This document shows, piece by piece, positions 7,711 through 17,760 of a DNA stretch of 64,000 bases (within the stretch, counting starts at the first letter, position 1; the number at the start of each line of letters is the position of its first letter). The stretch is from Flavobacteriaceae bacterium (lineage in GTDB: Bacteria; Bacteroidota; Bacteroidia; Flavobacteriales; Flavobacteriaceae), in contig PBNP01000027.1 in the NCBI GenBank assembly GCA_002723295.1, forward strand, positions 8,006 to 72,005. The letters are read 5' to 3'. The notes beneath the pieces were generated by a model that was given only the letters and a program-made list of their open reading frames with translations, was not told the DNA's origin and did no database searches. Made by a program: the position numbers and the translations under genes.

Positions 7711-9312
7711 ATGAAAAAGTGGTATTCATTATTGCTCATTATTATTATTGGTTGCTCTACTAATGACAAGACCAAACCCAATATATTATTTATTATGTCT
7801 GATGACCATGCTTATCAAGCAATAAGTGCCTATGATAATCGATTAATAAATACTCCAAACATTGACAGAATTGCTAATCAAGGGATACTTTTTACAAATG
7901 CATGTGTAACAAATTCCATATGTGCTCCTTCAAGAGCTGTAATACTAACTGGAAAACACAGTCATCTTAATGGTAAGATTGACAATCATGCAAAATTTGA
8001 TGATTCACAAATTACTTTCCCTCAGCTTTTCCAAAAAGCAGGTTATCAAACGGCTATGTTTGGTAAGCTTCATTTTGGAAACAATCCAAAAGGAGTAGAT
8101 GACTTTTTTATACTTCCTGGCCAAGGAAGTTATATTAATCCAAAGTTTTTAGGTAAGGATAAAGACACAATAATTACTGGTTATGTTACTGATGTAATTA
8201 CTGATTTAACTTTAGACTGGTTTAAAACTAAAAGAGACAAAAAAAAACCATTTTTGATGATGTACTTACATAAAGCCCCTCATAGAGCATGGTGGCCAAG
8301 TCCTGACAAGTTTGCTGAGTTTTATGAAAAAGAATTTCCAGAACCTGAAACTTTATTTGATGATTACTTAGGGAGGGGAACTGCTGCAAAAAAAGCAGAA
8401 ATGAATATTTTAACTCATATGCAATATATGCATGATAGTAAGGTTAAACCTTCAGCTTTTGAACAAATGGATAAAGTAGAACCTGAAATTGTATACATTA
8501 AAAGTGATGGAACTTTTATGCGCCCTAATGCCCAAGGATTTAATCGTTCTTTTGACAGAGCTAATAAAGAACAAAAAGAAAAATACAATGTTACTCTTGA
8601 TAAGATTAGTGATGATTTTAAAACTAATTGGCCAAAAATGAATGATAAAGAAAAAATGAGATGGAAATATCAAAGATATATGCAAGATTATTTAGCAACT
8701 ATCTCATCAGTTGATGAAAATATTGGAAGAGTATTAAATTATTTAGAAGAAACAGGTTTAGATAAAAATACAATTGTTGTATATACTTCAGATCAAGGAT
8801 TCTATCTAGGCGAACATGGATGGTTTGATAAGAGGTTTATTTATAATGAATCTTTTAAAACACCATTAATGATTAAATGGCCAAATGTTATTAAACCTGG
8901 AACAACTAGTGATGAAATGGTCCAAAATTTAGATTTTGCTCAAACATTTTTAGAAGCAGCTATGATTAAAGCTCCAGATGATATGCAAGGCAAAAGTCTT
9001 ATTCCATTATTAAAAGGAGATTTCAATAAATGGGATAGAGATGCAGTATATTATCATTACTATGAATATCCATCTGTGCATATGGCTAAAAGACATTATG
9101 GAATTGTAACTAAGAAATTTAAATTAGTTCATTTTTATTATGATATAGATGAATGGGAACTTTATGATCGTTTAAAGGATCCAAATGAAATGAATAATGT
9201 ATATAATGATTCTCAATATAAAGATGTTGTTAAGAAATTAACTCAAGAGCTAAAGGAAATAAGGATTAAATACAAGGATTCTGAAGAGCTAGATAAAAGT
9301 TTTATTTATTAA
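7711..9312 (+). CDS. Cys-type sulfatase (S1 family, longer subfamily), predicted lipoprotein
   Basis: Shows MSDDHAYQAISAY, CAPSRAVILTG, GKLHFG and VYTSDQGFYLGEHGWFDK. Lipobox is IIGC. Starts 4 nt after the preceding sulfatase. Confidence 0.85.
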   Translation: MKKWYSLLLIIIIGCSTNDKTKPNILFIMSDDHAYQAISAYDNRLINTPNIDRIANQGILFTNACVTNSICAPSRAVILTGKHSHLNGKIDNHAKFDDSQITFPQLFQKAGYQTAMFGKLHFGNNPKGVDDFFILPGQGSYINPKFLGKDKDTIITGYVTDVITDLTLDWFKTKRDKKKPFLMMYLHKAPHRAWWPSPDKFAEFYEKEFPEPETLFDDYLGRGTAAKKAEMNILTHMQYMHDSKVKPSAFEQMDKVEPEIVYIKSDGTFMRPNAQGFNRSFDRANKEQKEKYNVTLDKISDDFKTNWPKMNDKEKMRWKYQRYMQDYLATISSVDENIGRVLNYLEETGLDKNTIVVYTSDQGFYLGEHGWFDKRFIYNESFKTPLMIKWPNVIKPGTTSDEMVQNLDFAQTFLEAAMIKAPDDMQGKSLIPLLKGDFNKWDRDAVYYHYYEYPSVHMAKRHYGIVTKKFKLVHFYYDIDEWELYDRLKDPNEMNNVYNDSQYKDVVKKLTQELKEIRIKYKDSEELDKSFIY

Positions 9313-9350
9313 TTTTTTTGCGGATTCATTTTTTAATTTTAACTATATAT

Positions 9351-10199
9351 CTAATTATAGCGGTTAAGAATATTCGTTACATTTTGATAGTAACTTGAAC
9401 CAAAAAGAATTAGATGAACCATCAATGGATATAATTGATGAATATCTTTTCTGTCATTAAATCCATTTTCTAATGGAAGAAACTCACAGTAATTTTTCAT
9501 TGCTTCTTCTGGATAACTTCCAAATAAGGATAACATAGCCCAATCCATTTCAGGATGACCAAAATATACTGCAGGATCAAACAATACTGGTTTGTTTTCA
9601 ACATTTGACATTAAATTTCCTACCCAGAGATCTCCATGTATTAATGAAGGTTTTGATTTGGGAACAATATTTTTTAGATTTTTACATAAAGAGTCAATTT
9701 TTTGAGAATCAATTTTACTAAGTAGATTTAAATCTCTAGCATCTTTAGCTAGTTTTAATAACCGTTGGTTTGAATAAAAGGCACCCCAGTCTTTTTGAAA
9801 ATTATTATGCTGCTTAAGCGAACCGATATAATTATCTTGATTCAAGCCAAACTTATCATTATTAATTTTGTGTAAACTAGCAAGGTTTTTGCCAAATAAT
9901 TGCCAATTTAAAACAGTTCCTGGCTTTATATATTCTAGTATTAGATAGTCATAGTTTTCAAAACTACCAGCAATGATGGGTTTTGGAATTAAAAATTTTG
10001 ATTTTGATATAAGTTCAAGTCCACTTTTTTCTTTCTCAAACATTTTAGGGTGTTTATGCGAGATATTTAATTTAATTACTAAATCCCTGTCTATTAATTT
10101 ACATCGATAAACATTATTTATACTCCCTCCAGTAAGTTGAACTATTTTTTTTGGAGTTTCACCAATTTCTTTTTTAAAAATTTTTTGAAGAATTAGCAA
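9351..10199 (-). CDS. fructosamine/ketosamine kinase family protein
   Basis: 282 aa with the HGDLWVGN catalytic-loop block and the overall pattern of the fructosamine-3-kinase family. Apparent TTG start. Confidence 0.7.
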   Translation of the reverse strand: MLILQKIFKKEIGETPKKIVQLTGGSINNVYRCKLIDRDLVIKLNISHKHPKMFEKEKSGLELISKSKFLIPKPIIAGSFENYDYLILEYIKPGTVLNWQLFGKNLASLHKINNDKFGLNQDNYIGSLKQHNNFQKDWGAFYSNQRLLKLAKDARDLNLLSKIDSQKIDSLCKNLKNIVPKSKPSLIHGDLWVGNLMSNVENKPVLFDPAVYFGHPEMDWAMLSLFGSYPEEAMKNYCEFLPLENGFNDRKDIHQLYPLMVHLILFGSSYYQNVTNILNRYN

Positions 10200-10290
10200 T
10201 GAAAATTTATTTAATTAAAAAACATTGTAATTTATTAACCAATTTATATGATATGAATTACACAAACAATTTTTAAATTTATAAAAGAAA

Positions 10291-11202
10291 ATGAGAAGAC
10301 TTATCACAATATTATTCATTATAATTTTTTCTTGCTCTAAAGATCAAGAAACTCAGCAAATTACTCAAGAAGTAATTTCAGAACCAATTCAATGGGATGA
10401 GTTTATTGATTTTAGGGAAGGTAATATGCCATTATTAATTATATCAGTTCATGGCGGAGAAATAGAACCAGAATGGATAACAAACAGAACATGTGATGGG
10501 GCTACTGTTGTTAAGGATAGTCATACTCTTCAAGTTGCTGAATTAATTGAATCTGAATTGAAGTCTAATGGATATAGCCCATATATTGTTTTGAATAAGT
10601 TGCATAGAAAAAAACTGGATCTTAATAGATCACTTAGTGACTCAAATTGTGGAGATCAAACCACTCAACCATACTGGGACCTTTTTCATAAAAAAATTGC
10701 TGATTTCAGAGCTACAATTCAAAATCAATTTGGAGCTGGACTATCAGTAGATATTCATGGTCAATCTCATGTTGAACAGCGTATTGAACTAGGCTATTTG
10801 TTATGGTCATCACATTTAAGAATGGGTAGTTCATCAATAAATACTGATGAATACAAAAATCGCTCATCAATAAAAAACTTACTAAACAACAATTCTGAAA
10901 ATTTGGAGTTAACTGATTTGTTGACAGGTGATACTGCTATGGGGTCTTTTTTAAATGAAAGAGGATATGCTTCTGTTCCATCAAAGGAAGATATTGCTCC
11001 AAAGGAAGGAGAGTTGTATTTTTCTGGAGGCTACAATACTTGGACTTATGGATCTAGAGACGGAGGGTCTGTTGATGCTATTCAAATAGAATTAAATATG
11101 ATTGGAGTTAGAGATACATATGAAAACAGAAAACAATTTGCAACGGAATTTGCTCAAGTACTATTAACTTATTTAAGAACTCACTATAATAGTGATCTAT
11201 AG
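10291..11202 (+). CDS. exported zinc-amidase-like lipoprotein (N-formylglutamate amidohydrolase / poly-gamma-glutamate hydrolase-like motifs)
   Basis: Lipobox IFSC. SVHGGEIEPE and VDIHGQSH resemble the HGGxIE ... HG metal-ligand pattern of that superfamily. Assignment is from memory only. Confidence 0.4.
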   Translation: MRRLITILFIIIFSCSKDQETQQITQEVISEPIQWDEFIDFREGNMPLLIISVHGGEIEPEWITNRTCDGATVVKDSHTLQVAELIESELKSNGYSPYIVLNKLHRKKLDLNRSLSDSNCGDQTTQPYWDLFHKKIADFRATIQNQFGAGLSVDIHGQSHVEQRIELGYLLWSSHLRMGSSSINTDEYKNRSSIKNLLNNNSENLELTDLLTGDTAMGSFLNERGYASVPSKEDIAPKEGELYFSGGYNTWTYGSRDGGSVDAIQIELNMIGVRDTYENRKQFATEFAQVLLTYLRTHYNSDL

Positions 11203-11212
11203 GCTCTATTAT

Positions 11213-12196
11213 TTATTCTTCCGGAAAAAGATATTTAATTGCATCTTGTGCCATTAGATTTGAATTATGAGCAACATTTGGAACTTCACTTGTCTTTATC
11301 CAATTAAATAAAATTTGTTCTTGTTGTGCTGTTTGTTCAGAAGTTGAATAAAAATATCTCCCTCTAGCTCTTCGATGTAGTCCTTGTTGTTCATCTACTA
11401 TTTCATTATGTCGCAAAGAAGCCGCATTCGGATCTGTGTCATTCTCAGCTAAGTGAACATATAGTATTTTTGAGAAAGCTAAAGTTAAAGTATTTGAAGA
11501 TAATTGACTTTGGTTTAATCCATAAGGAAAATTTATTCCTGATTCTGGAACCGTATACCACCCTGCATTAGAACAAACAGCAATATTTAATTTACTTTCC
11601 GGCATATATAAAACAAAACGGTGGAGAAATTGACATCCAGCAGAATGACCCCAACCATTATAATTTTCTTGGTTTCCAGAAATCTCATTTTTAATATATT
11701 CAAATAATGGGTCTAATATAGAGAATGTCCATTCGTTACTTGGATTAAAAGTTCCAACACTTGGATTATCTCCATCATCAAAAATATTTCCCAAGTTATA
11801 TTCATCAGATGAAAAATCAGCAGATTGAAACTCAGGTGCAAAAACCATAAACTTAGAACTGTTTGCCATGCTTATCCAGTAATCACGATAATCTACAGCA
11901 TTTCTTGATGCTCCATGAAAAGACATTAGAACTGGCATTGACTTTATGTCTCCATCAGGAATATGGTAGTAAACATTAATAGTTCTATTACTAAAATGCC
12001 CTTCTGATGTGAATCTGAAAACACCCGTTGAATTAGAACTTAGAGTTGGCTGTTGATTATTAGTTTGATGAATTTCAGTATTGTTATCAGAAATACTTAA
12101 TACCTCCTTTTCAGAACCTGATGAACAAGAATTGGTTAATAGAAAAAACAGAAATAATAAATAAATTTTTTTAACCTCCATTTTAATTTTAATCAC
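11213..12196 (-). CDS. alpha/beta-hydrolase esterase (PHB-depolymerase/CE1-like), lipoprotein
   Basis: Lipobox TNSC, the FHGASRNAVDY block and a GHSAG nucleophile elbow (G-x-S-x-G). Overlaps the upstream gene by 4 nt. Confidence 0.6.
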   Translation of the reverse strand: MIKIKMEVKKIYLLFLFFLLTNSCSSGSEKEVLSISDNNTEIHQTNNQQPTLSSNSTGVFRFTSEGHFSNRTINVYYHIPDGDIKSMPVLMSFHGASRNAVDYRDYWISMANSSKFMVFAPEFQSADFSSDEYNLGNIFDDGDNPSVGTFNPSNEWTFSILDPLFEYIKNEISGNQENYNGWGHSAGCQFLHRFVLYMPESKLNIAVCSNAGWYTVPESGINFPYGLNQSQLSSNTLTLAFSKILYVHLAENDTDPNAASLRHNEIVDEQQGLHRRARGRYFYSTSEQTAQQEQILFNWIKTSEVPNVAHNSNLMAQDAIKYLFPEE

Positions 12197-12960
12197 TTAT
12201 TAAAAACTATTAAATCAGAAATTTCTTGACATTTTTTAGCAACTTCAGTTTCAAGAATAATATAATATATTTTTTTTCCATTGCTGTCTTTCCCAATATA
12301 TCTTCTGGATAAACCTTTTGAAGATTGATTGCTTAATGTTGAGAAAACAACACATGCTGCTAGATAAGAACCATTAGGGCTTGGATGTTTCATATCATCT
12401 GTCAATAATTTATATTCTGGATATTTTGATTTAAAAGTATCAAATGCTCTTCCTATCATAAGTAGTTTACTTGATTTATTAATATTTGCTTTAACAATAT
12501 TTTTCTCTATAGGATTTTGAGTGTCTAAATTTCTATTTGAGTCATCCATTTTAGGATACATCCATGTAGAATAAAAGTATGTTTTTGTATTTAAAGGCAA
12601 TAAATTTTTAAATTGAGTGTAATATTTTTTAGTAGTATCAATGGCTATTATTGGGTAGGTGCTATGATCTTGAAAAATAATAGAAGTATACGGTTTTGTC
12701 CTAATTAATTCTCTTGTAATAAGTTTCTTATCTCCATTCCAATGATCTTTTAGGGTAGCACCGCCAGCAGTAGATTGAGTTACATTCCAATTTAAACTCC
12801 TTTCTTCTGCCATTTTTTCAACTATTGATGGAAGATTCCAGTAAAATGTAAAACTATTTCCTATAAATAAGACTTCTTCCTCATTTTGGGAAAAAATAAA
12901 GGATACATTTACAAATAATATTAAAGTAGTTAAACTAAATATTTGTTTGACCCTTTTCAT
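12193..12960 (-). CDS. SGNH/GDSL-like hydrolase (putative esterase)
   Basis: Signal peptide. FIGNSFT (block I Ser) and DDMKHPS (block V D-x-x-H) follow the SGNH pattern. Confidence 0.5.
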   Translation of the reverse strand: MKRVKQIFSLTTLILFVNVSFIFSQNEEEVLFIGNSFTFYWNLPSIVEKMAEERSLNWNVTQSTAGGATLKDHWNGDKKLITRELIRTKPYTSIIFQDHSTYPIIAIDTTKKYYTQFKNLLPLNTKTYFYSTWMYPKMDDSNRNLDTQNPIEKNIVKANINKSSKLLMIGRAFDTFKSKYPEYKLLTDDMKHPSPNGSYLAACVVFSTLSNQSSKGLSRRYIGKDSNGKKIYYIILETEVAKKCQEISDLIVFNK

Positions 12961-12985
12961 TTAAATGGTTATTGTTTTAATATAG

Positions 12986-13018
12986 AAAAAAGGCTTGTGA
13001 ATCCTCACAAGCCTTTTT
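12986..13018 (-). terminator. hairpin terminator downstream of the SusD-like gene
   Basis: Perfect stem AAGGCTTGTGA / TCACAAGCCTT with 4-nt loop ATCC, flanked by an A-run and a T-run, so it could act in either direction. Confidence 0.6.
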
Positions 13019-13033
13019 ATAGAAACTAATTAT

Positions 13034-14458
13034 TTATTGATTTACTCTGGTTGTAACAAAAATACCAGGATCTTCATCAGGAGCATTTGAATTTGAATTC
13101 AATTCATTATTAGCATATGGCATTCTTTCAGGCCAAGGACCACTTTGTGGACCACTAAATAACACATATGGAACAGCCATATTAGTATCTGATTTACGTA
13201 GTCTTCTTGAGTCATTGTATGGCATATGCATACCAAATCCTGAAACATACCTTTCTTCAATAACCTCTCTTAAGAAGGCTGTTTTAGCATCAATTCCATC
13301 AGCATTTTCAATTCCTCCACTTGCAAAATCAGCCGCATCATATGCTAAATAAGAATAAGCTTCACCTTGAAAATTAGAATTTAAATGAGCACCAGAATTC
13401 AACCAAGCTCTAACATTATTTAAATGAGGTAAACCACTCTCGAGAGTTCCATTACGAGCCTTACATTCAGCTAATATTAATTCATTTTCAAAAAATGTTA
13501 CCATATTCTGAGGTTGTGTCATTTCAATTATTCCTGTATTTGCTGACCCGCTAGTAGAATCAATTGTGTAAAAGCCTTTTCTTGCAGTTTCATCAGTCTT
13601 AGCATTGTTTCTAGATAATGGATTACTTGCATCTAGCATCTGAATTAAATAGCTTTCTCCCTGATCACTATTTCCAATATCTCCAGAACGAGATCCTTCT
13701 AAAATAGTCCAGAAAAGATTTCTATCTCCAGATCCTGCAGCTCCAGGCGGCTTATACATCATATCACCGCTAGATGAAGATATTCCATTTTGAGCAGCAG
13801 TTAACGCATTACCATAGTCCTTTTGGTGAAGATAAAAACGTGCTTTTAGTGTATAGGCAGCTTGTACCCATTTTGATTTATCACCACCAAAGTAAATGTC
13901 TTCTGCAATGCTTCCTGAACTAGCACTATTTAAAATTGAAATCCCTTCATCTAGTAAAGAAATAGCACCTGCATAAACATCAATTTGAGAATCAAATACA
14001 GGATCTGATATTTCAGGATTACCAGCTTCAGAAAACGGAATATCACCAAAAAGTGATGCTCCAGTTCCAAGAGCATGACCCTCAATGATTTTTGAAATTC
14101 CAATTAATAATTGATTAGAAGAATTATTTGCTATATGTCGTGTGTTTGATAAGACTCCAACATATATTTGAAACCATTCATCATTTGATTCAGCAGTTGA
14201 AAGACTAAATCCATATATGTTTGAATATAAAGAAGTGTATCCAATTAGTTGCCCAGAATACATCCCGCCAATTCTATTTAAATGCCCGCAATTTATTTGA
14301 ACATTTGCTAATTGTGCACCTGTTAAAAACAAACGCTCTTCAACATCAGTAACAATGATGTCATTGGGATTATCATTAATTCCTTCTACAATATCTTCAC
14401 AAGAAATTATGAATAAAAGAGAAAGAGATAAAATTAAATTATATATTATTTTTTTCAT
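13034..14458 (-). CDS. SusD/RagB-family nutrient-binding outer-membrane lipoprotein
   Basis: 474 aa, lipobox IISC, helical TPR-like composition (AYTLKARFYLHQKDY). Begins 12 nt after the SusC-like gene, the canonical pairing. Confidence 0.7.
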   Translation of the reverse strand: MKKIIYNLILSLSLLFIISCEDIVEGINDNPNDIIVTDVEERLFLTGAQLANVQINCGHLNRIGGMYSGQLIGYTSLYSNIYGFSLSTAESNDEWFQIYVGVLSNTRHIANNSSNQLLIGISKIIEGHALGTGASLFGDIPFSEAGNPEISDPVFDSQIDVYAGAISLLDEGISILNSASSGSIAEDIYFGGDKSKWVQAAYTLKARFYLHQKDYGNALTAAQNGISSSSGDMMYKPPGAAGSGDRNLFWTILEGSRSGDIGNSDQGESYLIQMLDASNPLSRNNAKTDETARKGFYTIDSTSGSANTGIIEMTQPQNMVTFFENELILAECKARNGTLESGLPHLNNVRAWLNSGAHLNSNFQGEAYSYLAYDAADFASGGIENADGIDAKTAFLREVIEERYVSGFGMHMPYNDSRRLRKSDTNMAVPYVLFSGPQSGPWPERMPYANNELNSNSNAPDEDPGIFVTTRVNQ

Positions 14459-14470
14459 GAGTTCTTATTT

Positions 14471-17400
14471 TTAAAAATTAAAGGCTGCTGTAAATAAAAC
14501 AGATTTGGTTTGTGGATTTGTAAAATAATCCAGTCCAAGTGCATTTCCAACACCATATTGATTTGTTTCAGGATCAATTCCAGGAACATTATTAATATTA
14601 ATTAGATTTCTTCCAGTTGCGGTTAATTTAATATTATCTAATCCAAGAAGAGAATTTAATCCTTCACTTTCTAAAAGATAACTTAATGAAAGCTCTCTTA
14701 CTTTAGTAAAGGTAGCATCATAGACACCAAAATTATATGCCTGGTTATCACCAAATCCTCCTCCAATTCCAGTTCTATACCAATCTTCATCTAAAAGAAC
14801 ATTTCCTGCTCCAAAATCTCGAACATTTCCTCGAACAGTAGTTCCTGAAGGTATAAGATCTCCATCATGATTTCTAAGATCTTGTGTGGTTGTAATTCGA
14901 TTAGCTGTAGCTTCTGTGGTCCCAAATCTATGAAGAACCCATAAGGTTCTTGGCATAAAATCTCCACCCTCAGAATGTTCAACTACAACATTAAGACTCA
15001 AATTTTTATATTCAAGATTAAAACCTATTCCAGCCATCCATTCTGGGTTTGGATCACCTAATATTACTGGACTCGGTGTAATTTGAGGAAATCCATTTTC
15101 GTCAAGATCATAACTTCCATCAGCGTTAGTTAAAGAACCTGTCCCAAATAAAACTCCAAGCTGTTGACCTACAATAGCTCTAGAGCTTACTGAAGCTCCA
15201 GGACTTAGGTTAATAGACTCTGTTCCATATAAATCAGTAACTTCATTTCTGTTTTTTGACCAAGCTATTGAAGTTGAAAGCATTAAATCATCTTTTTCGA
15301 TAGCTTTCCATCCTAAATCAAGCTCAATACCATTGTTTGTCATACTTCCATAATTTCCATATTGAGTTGAGAAACCAGAGGAAGGCGAAAGATTGACATC
15401 AAGCAAAATACCATCGATTTCATTGTCATAATATGTAAACCCAAAGGTTAAATCATTATCCAAAAATCTTAAATCAGCTCCAACCTCCCATTCTGTTTTG
15501 ATTTCAGGTTCAAGGTTTGGATTACCTAAATTATTATCTAATCTATATCCACCACCAAAAGAATCTATGCTTATAGGATCACTATAAGTAGAGTACCCAA
15601 AACCTCCTTCAGCCAATGTCTGGAATTGATGAGCTGAAGGCTGAACACCTACTTTTCCCCATGTTGCGCGAAGTTTTCCAAAAGACAAGATACTTGAATC
15701 CAAAGCACTTTTAGTGAAGTTCCATGCTGCATCAACAGAAGGATAAAAGAATGATCCTTTTATGGTTGAAGAAGCTTCTAATCCACCAGATACATTCACA
15801 TATAACTGATCAAACATATCAAAGTTAAAAACTGCATAACCTCTATTTGATCTTCTAAAGGTTCTATAATTTTCAAAAGCAGTAGCTTCTGCAGAAGTAT
15901 TTAGAGATGATGATTGTTTAGTTGAATTTACTAAAAAACCAGTTACACTTCCTGAAGTTCGATTATACTTTCTGTCATTTAAACTCCAACCAACAGTAGA
16001 GGTAAGAGTAATATCAGAGCTTAACTCAGTAGTAGCTCTTCCGATAAGATCAAAGTTGTAATAACGATGAGCTATTTCACTTTCAGAGAAAAAGCCTTGA
16101 TTAAATGCGCTACCTGCACTACCTATAGGATAGAAAGTTGTTCTTCTATCATCAGAAAAATCTATATTACCTCTAGCAATGATTTGAAGCCAGTTGTTTG
16201 GTTTTATAGTTAATTCGGGTGTAGCAGTTATTCTGTTTACAGCTGCAACAGACTTCTGCTCATGAACGGTCCAGCCCGGATTGTTGTAGCTAGGGTTTTG
16301 TGAGTTACCTAAGTATCTTCGATATGATCTATGTCTGTTGGCAGTTTCAGCTCCTGAAGAACTTGTATAGGTCCCTATGTAATCTTCATTATCAAAATCA
16401 GGTGGAGTTCTAAGTAACCCTAACATTATACCTGCAGTATTTGAACTTTGCTGAATACGATTAGTGCTACTATGTGTATACGCCATTTTATTTGACAATG
16501 ACATCTTATCATTTAGTTTAGCATTATAATTAAAACGTAGATTTGTTCTATTATAATCAGAACCCATAATTATTCCCTCTTGAGATATATTAGAAAGGCT
16601 GAAAAAATATTTTCCTGTATCTGTCCCTCCACTAATAGTTAGATCATTTTGCAAAAATGTTCCTTTTTGAAAAGCATTGTCCCAGTTTTTATCAACATAG
16701 GTTTCTCTTGAATTCTTTGCTGTAATAGGATAATACACTGACCCATCCCGAGCAGTAAAAAATTGCCCAGAAGTATCAAAAGTATCTAAACCACCACTAC
16801 GGTCAGGAATATAATCTCCCCATGATTCGGCTCGAGTAGCTCCAAAGGATCCTGATCTACCTTGTCCCCAAGTATTTTGCATAGGAATTTTTTCTGAAAC
16901 TTCATCTATTGAATAAGATGATGTAAATGTGATTTTTGCTTTTCCAGATTGTCCTTCTTTTGTTGTAATAACAACAACTCCATTGGCAGCTCTACTTCCC
17001 CAAACTGCAGCTGCAGCAGCACCTTTTAAAACTTCTAAAGAAGCAATATCATTTGGATTAAGATCATTAATTCTTGAGCCATTAGAAACTCCTCCAGACC
17101 TCGAACCACGACCATCAAAACTATTATAGTTAGCGGAATTATTCATCGGAACACCATCAACAATAAATAATGGAGCACTTGCACCGTCAATGGTATTAGC
17201 TCCTCGAATTCTTATGGTAGCTCCAGCACCTGGATCAGCATTTGATCTTGAGATCTTCACACCGGATGCTTTTCCGCTAAGAGAGTTTAAAAGTGTCGGT
17301 TCCCCAGATCTAACTACAGCGCCTGTACTAATTACAGAAGAGGTTGAACCTTGCTCATCTCTTATAACTTTAAATCCTAAAGACGTAACTACAACTTCTT

Positions 17401-17698
17401 GTAAAAGTTGAGTGTCTTCTTCGAGAACTATATTAAATGATGATTGGGACCCTACTTCAATACTTTGACTTACGAATCCAGTGTAACTAATTTGAATAAC
17501 ACTTGAATCACCTTCAACAGTTATTTCATAGTTTCCATCAAAGTCAGTACTAACACCATTATTTGTTCCTTGCTCAAGAATATTAGCTCCCGGCAAAGGT
17601 CCATTTGCATCACTTACATTTCCTGTTATTGTCTTCTGCGAGAAAGAAAAAGAAACCCAGAAAAAAAGCAAAGCAAATATGCTTAAGTTTTTTGTCAT
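14471..17698 (-). CDS. SusC/RagA-family TonB-dependent outer-membrane transporter
   Basis: 1075 aa. N-terminal carboxypeptidase-regulatory-like segment (ITGNVSDANGPLPGANILEQGTNNGVSTDFDGNYEI), plug blocks (FIVDGVP, IASLEVLKGAAAAAVWGSRAANGVVVITTK) and a barrel ending in FTAAFNF. Confidence 0.88.
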   Translation of the reverse strand: MTKNLSIFALLFFWVSFSFSQKTITGNVSDANGPLPGANILEQGTNNGVSTDFDGNYEITVEGDSSVIQISYTGFVSQSIEVGSQSSFNIVLEEDTQLLQEVVVTSLGFKVIRDEQGSTSSVISTGAVVRSGEPTLLNSLSGKASGVKISRSNADPGAGATIRIRGANTIDGASAPLFIVDGVPMNNSANYNSFDGRGSRSGGVSNGSRINDLNPNDIASLEVLKGAAAAAVWGSRAANGVVVITTKEGQSGKAKITFTSSYSIDEVSEKIPMQNTWGQGRSGSFGATRAESWGDYIPDRSGGLDTFDTSGQFFTARDGSVYYPITAKNSRETYVDKNWDNAFQKGTFLQNDLTISGGTDTGKYFFSLSNISQEGIIMGSDYNRTNLRFNYNAKLNDKMSLSNKMAYTHSSTNRIQQSSNTAGIMLGLLRTPPDFDNEDYIGTYTSSSGAETANRHRSYRRYLGNSQNPSYNNPGWTVHEQKSVAAVNRITATPELTIKPNNWLQIIARGNIDFSDDRRTTFYPIGSAGSAFNQGFFSESEIAHRYYNFDLIGRATTELSSDITLTSTVGWSLNDRKYNRTSGSVTGFLVNSTKQSSSLNTSAEATAFENYRTFRRSNRGYAVFNFDMFDQLYVNVSGGLEASSTIKGSFFYPSVDAAWNFTKSALDSSILSFGKLRATWGKVGVQPSAHQFQTLAEGGFGYSTYSDPISIDSFGGGYRLDNNLGNPNLEPEIKTEWEVGADLRFLDNDLTFGFTYYDNEIDGILLDVNLSPSSGFSTQYGNYGSMTNNGIELDLGWKAIEKDDLMLSTSIAWSKNRNEVTDLYGTESINLSPGASVSSRAIVGQQLGVLFGTGSLTNADGSYDLDENGFPQITPSPVILGDPNPEWMAGIGFNLEYKNLSLNVVVEHSEGGDFMPRTLWVLHRFGTTEATANRITTTQDLRNHDGDLIPSGTTVRGNVRDFGAGNVLLDEDWYRTGIGGGFGDNQAYNFGVYDATFTKVRELSLSYLLESEGLNSLLGLDNIKLTATGRNLININNVPGIDPETNQYGVGNALGLDYFTNPQTKSVLFTAAFNF

Positions 17699-17760
17699 AA
17701 TTTTTTTTTTTTAAGTTTAATTAAATATATGAAATAAATGAATTGAATAACAAAATGTAC

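Noticed and set aside
14791-17411. ORFs 14791-14982, 16929-17129 and 17190-17411 inside the SusC-like gene.
   Set aside because: They are off-frame or antisense shadows of a 1075-aa ORF with clear TonB-dependent transporter blocks. Their Ala/Pro-rich translations mirror the Gly/Ala-rich SusC plug region read on the opposite strand.
13034-17698. Apparent GC-rich island coinciding with susC/susD, as a possible sign of horizontal transfer.
   Set aside because: My first hand counts of single 60-nt lines gave 45-48% GC. Further lines from the same genes gave 22-38%, and a sulfatase line gave 43%. Hand sampling is therefore too noisy, and amino-acid composition (Gly/Ala/Ser-rich barrel) could explain any excess. 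A proper sliding-window GC and codon-usage calculation is needed.
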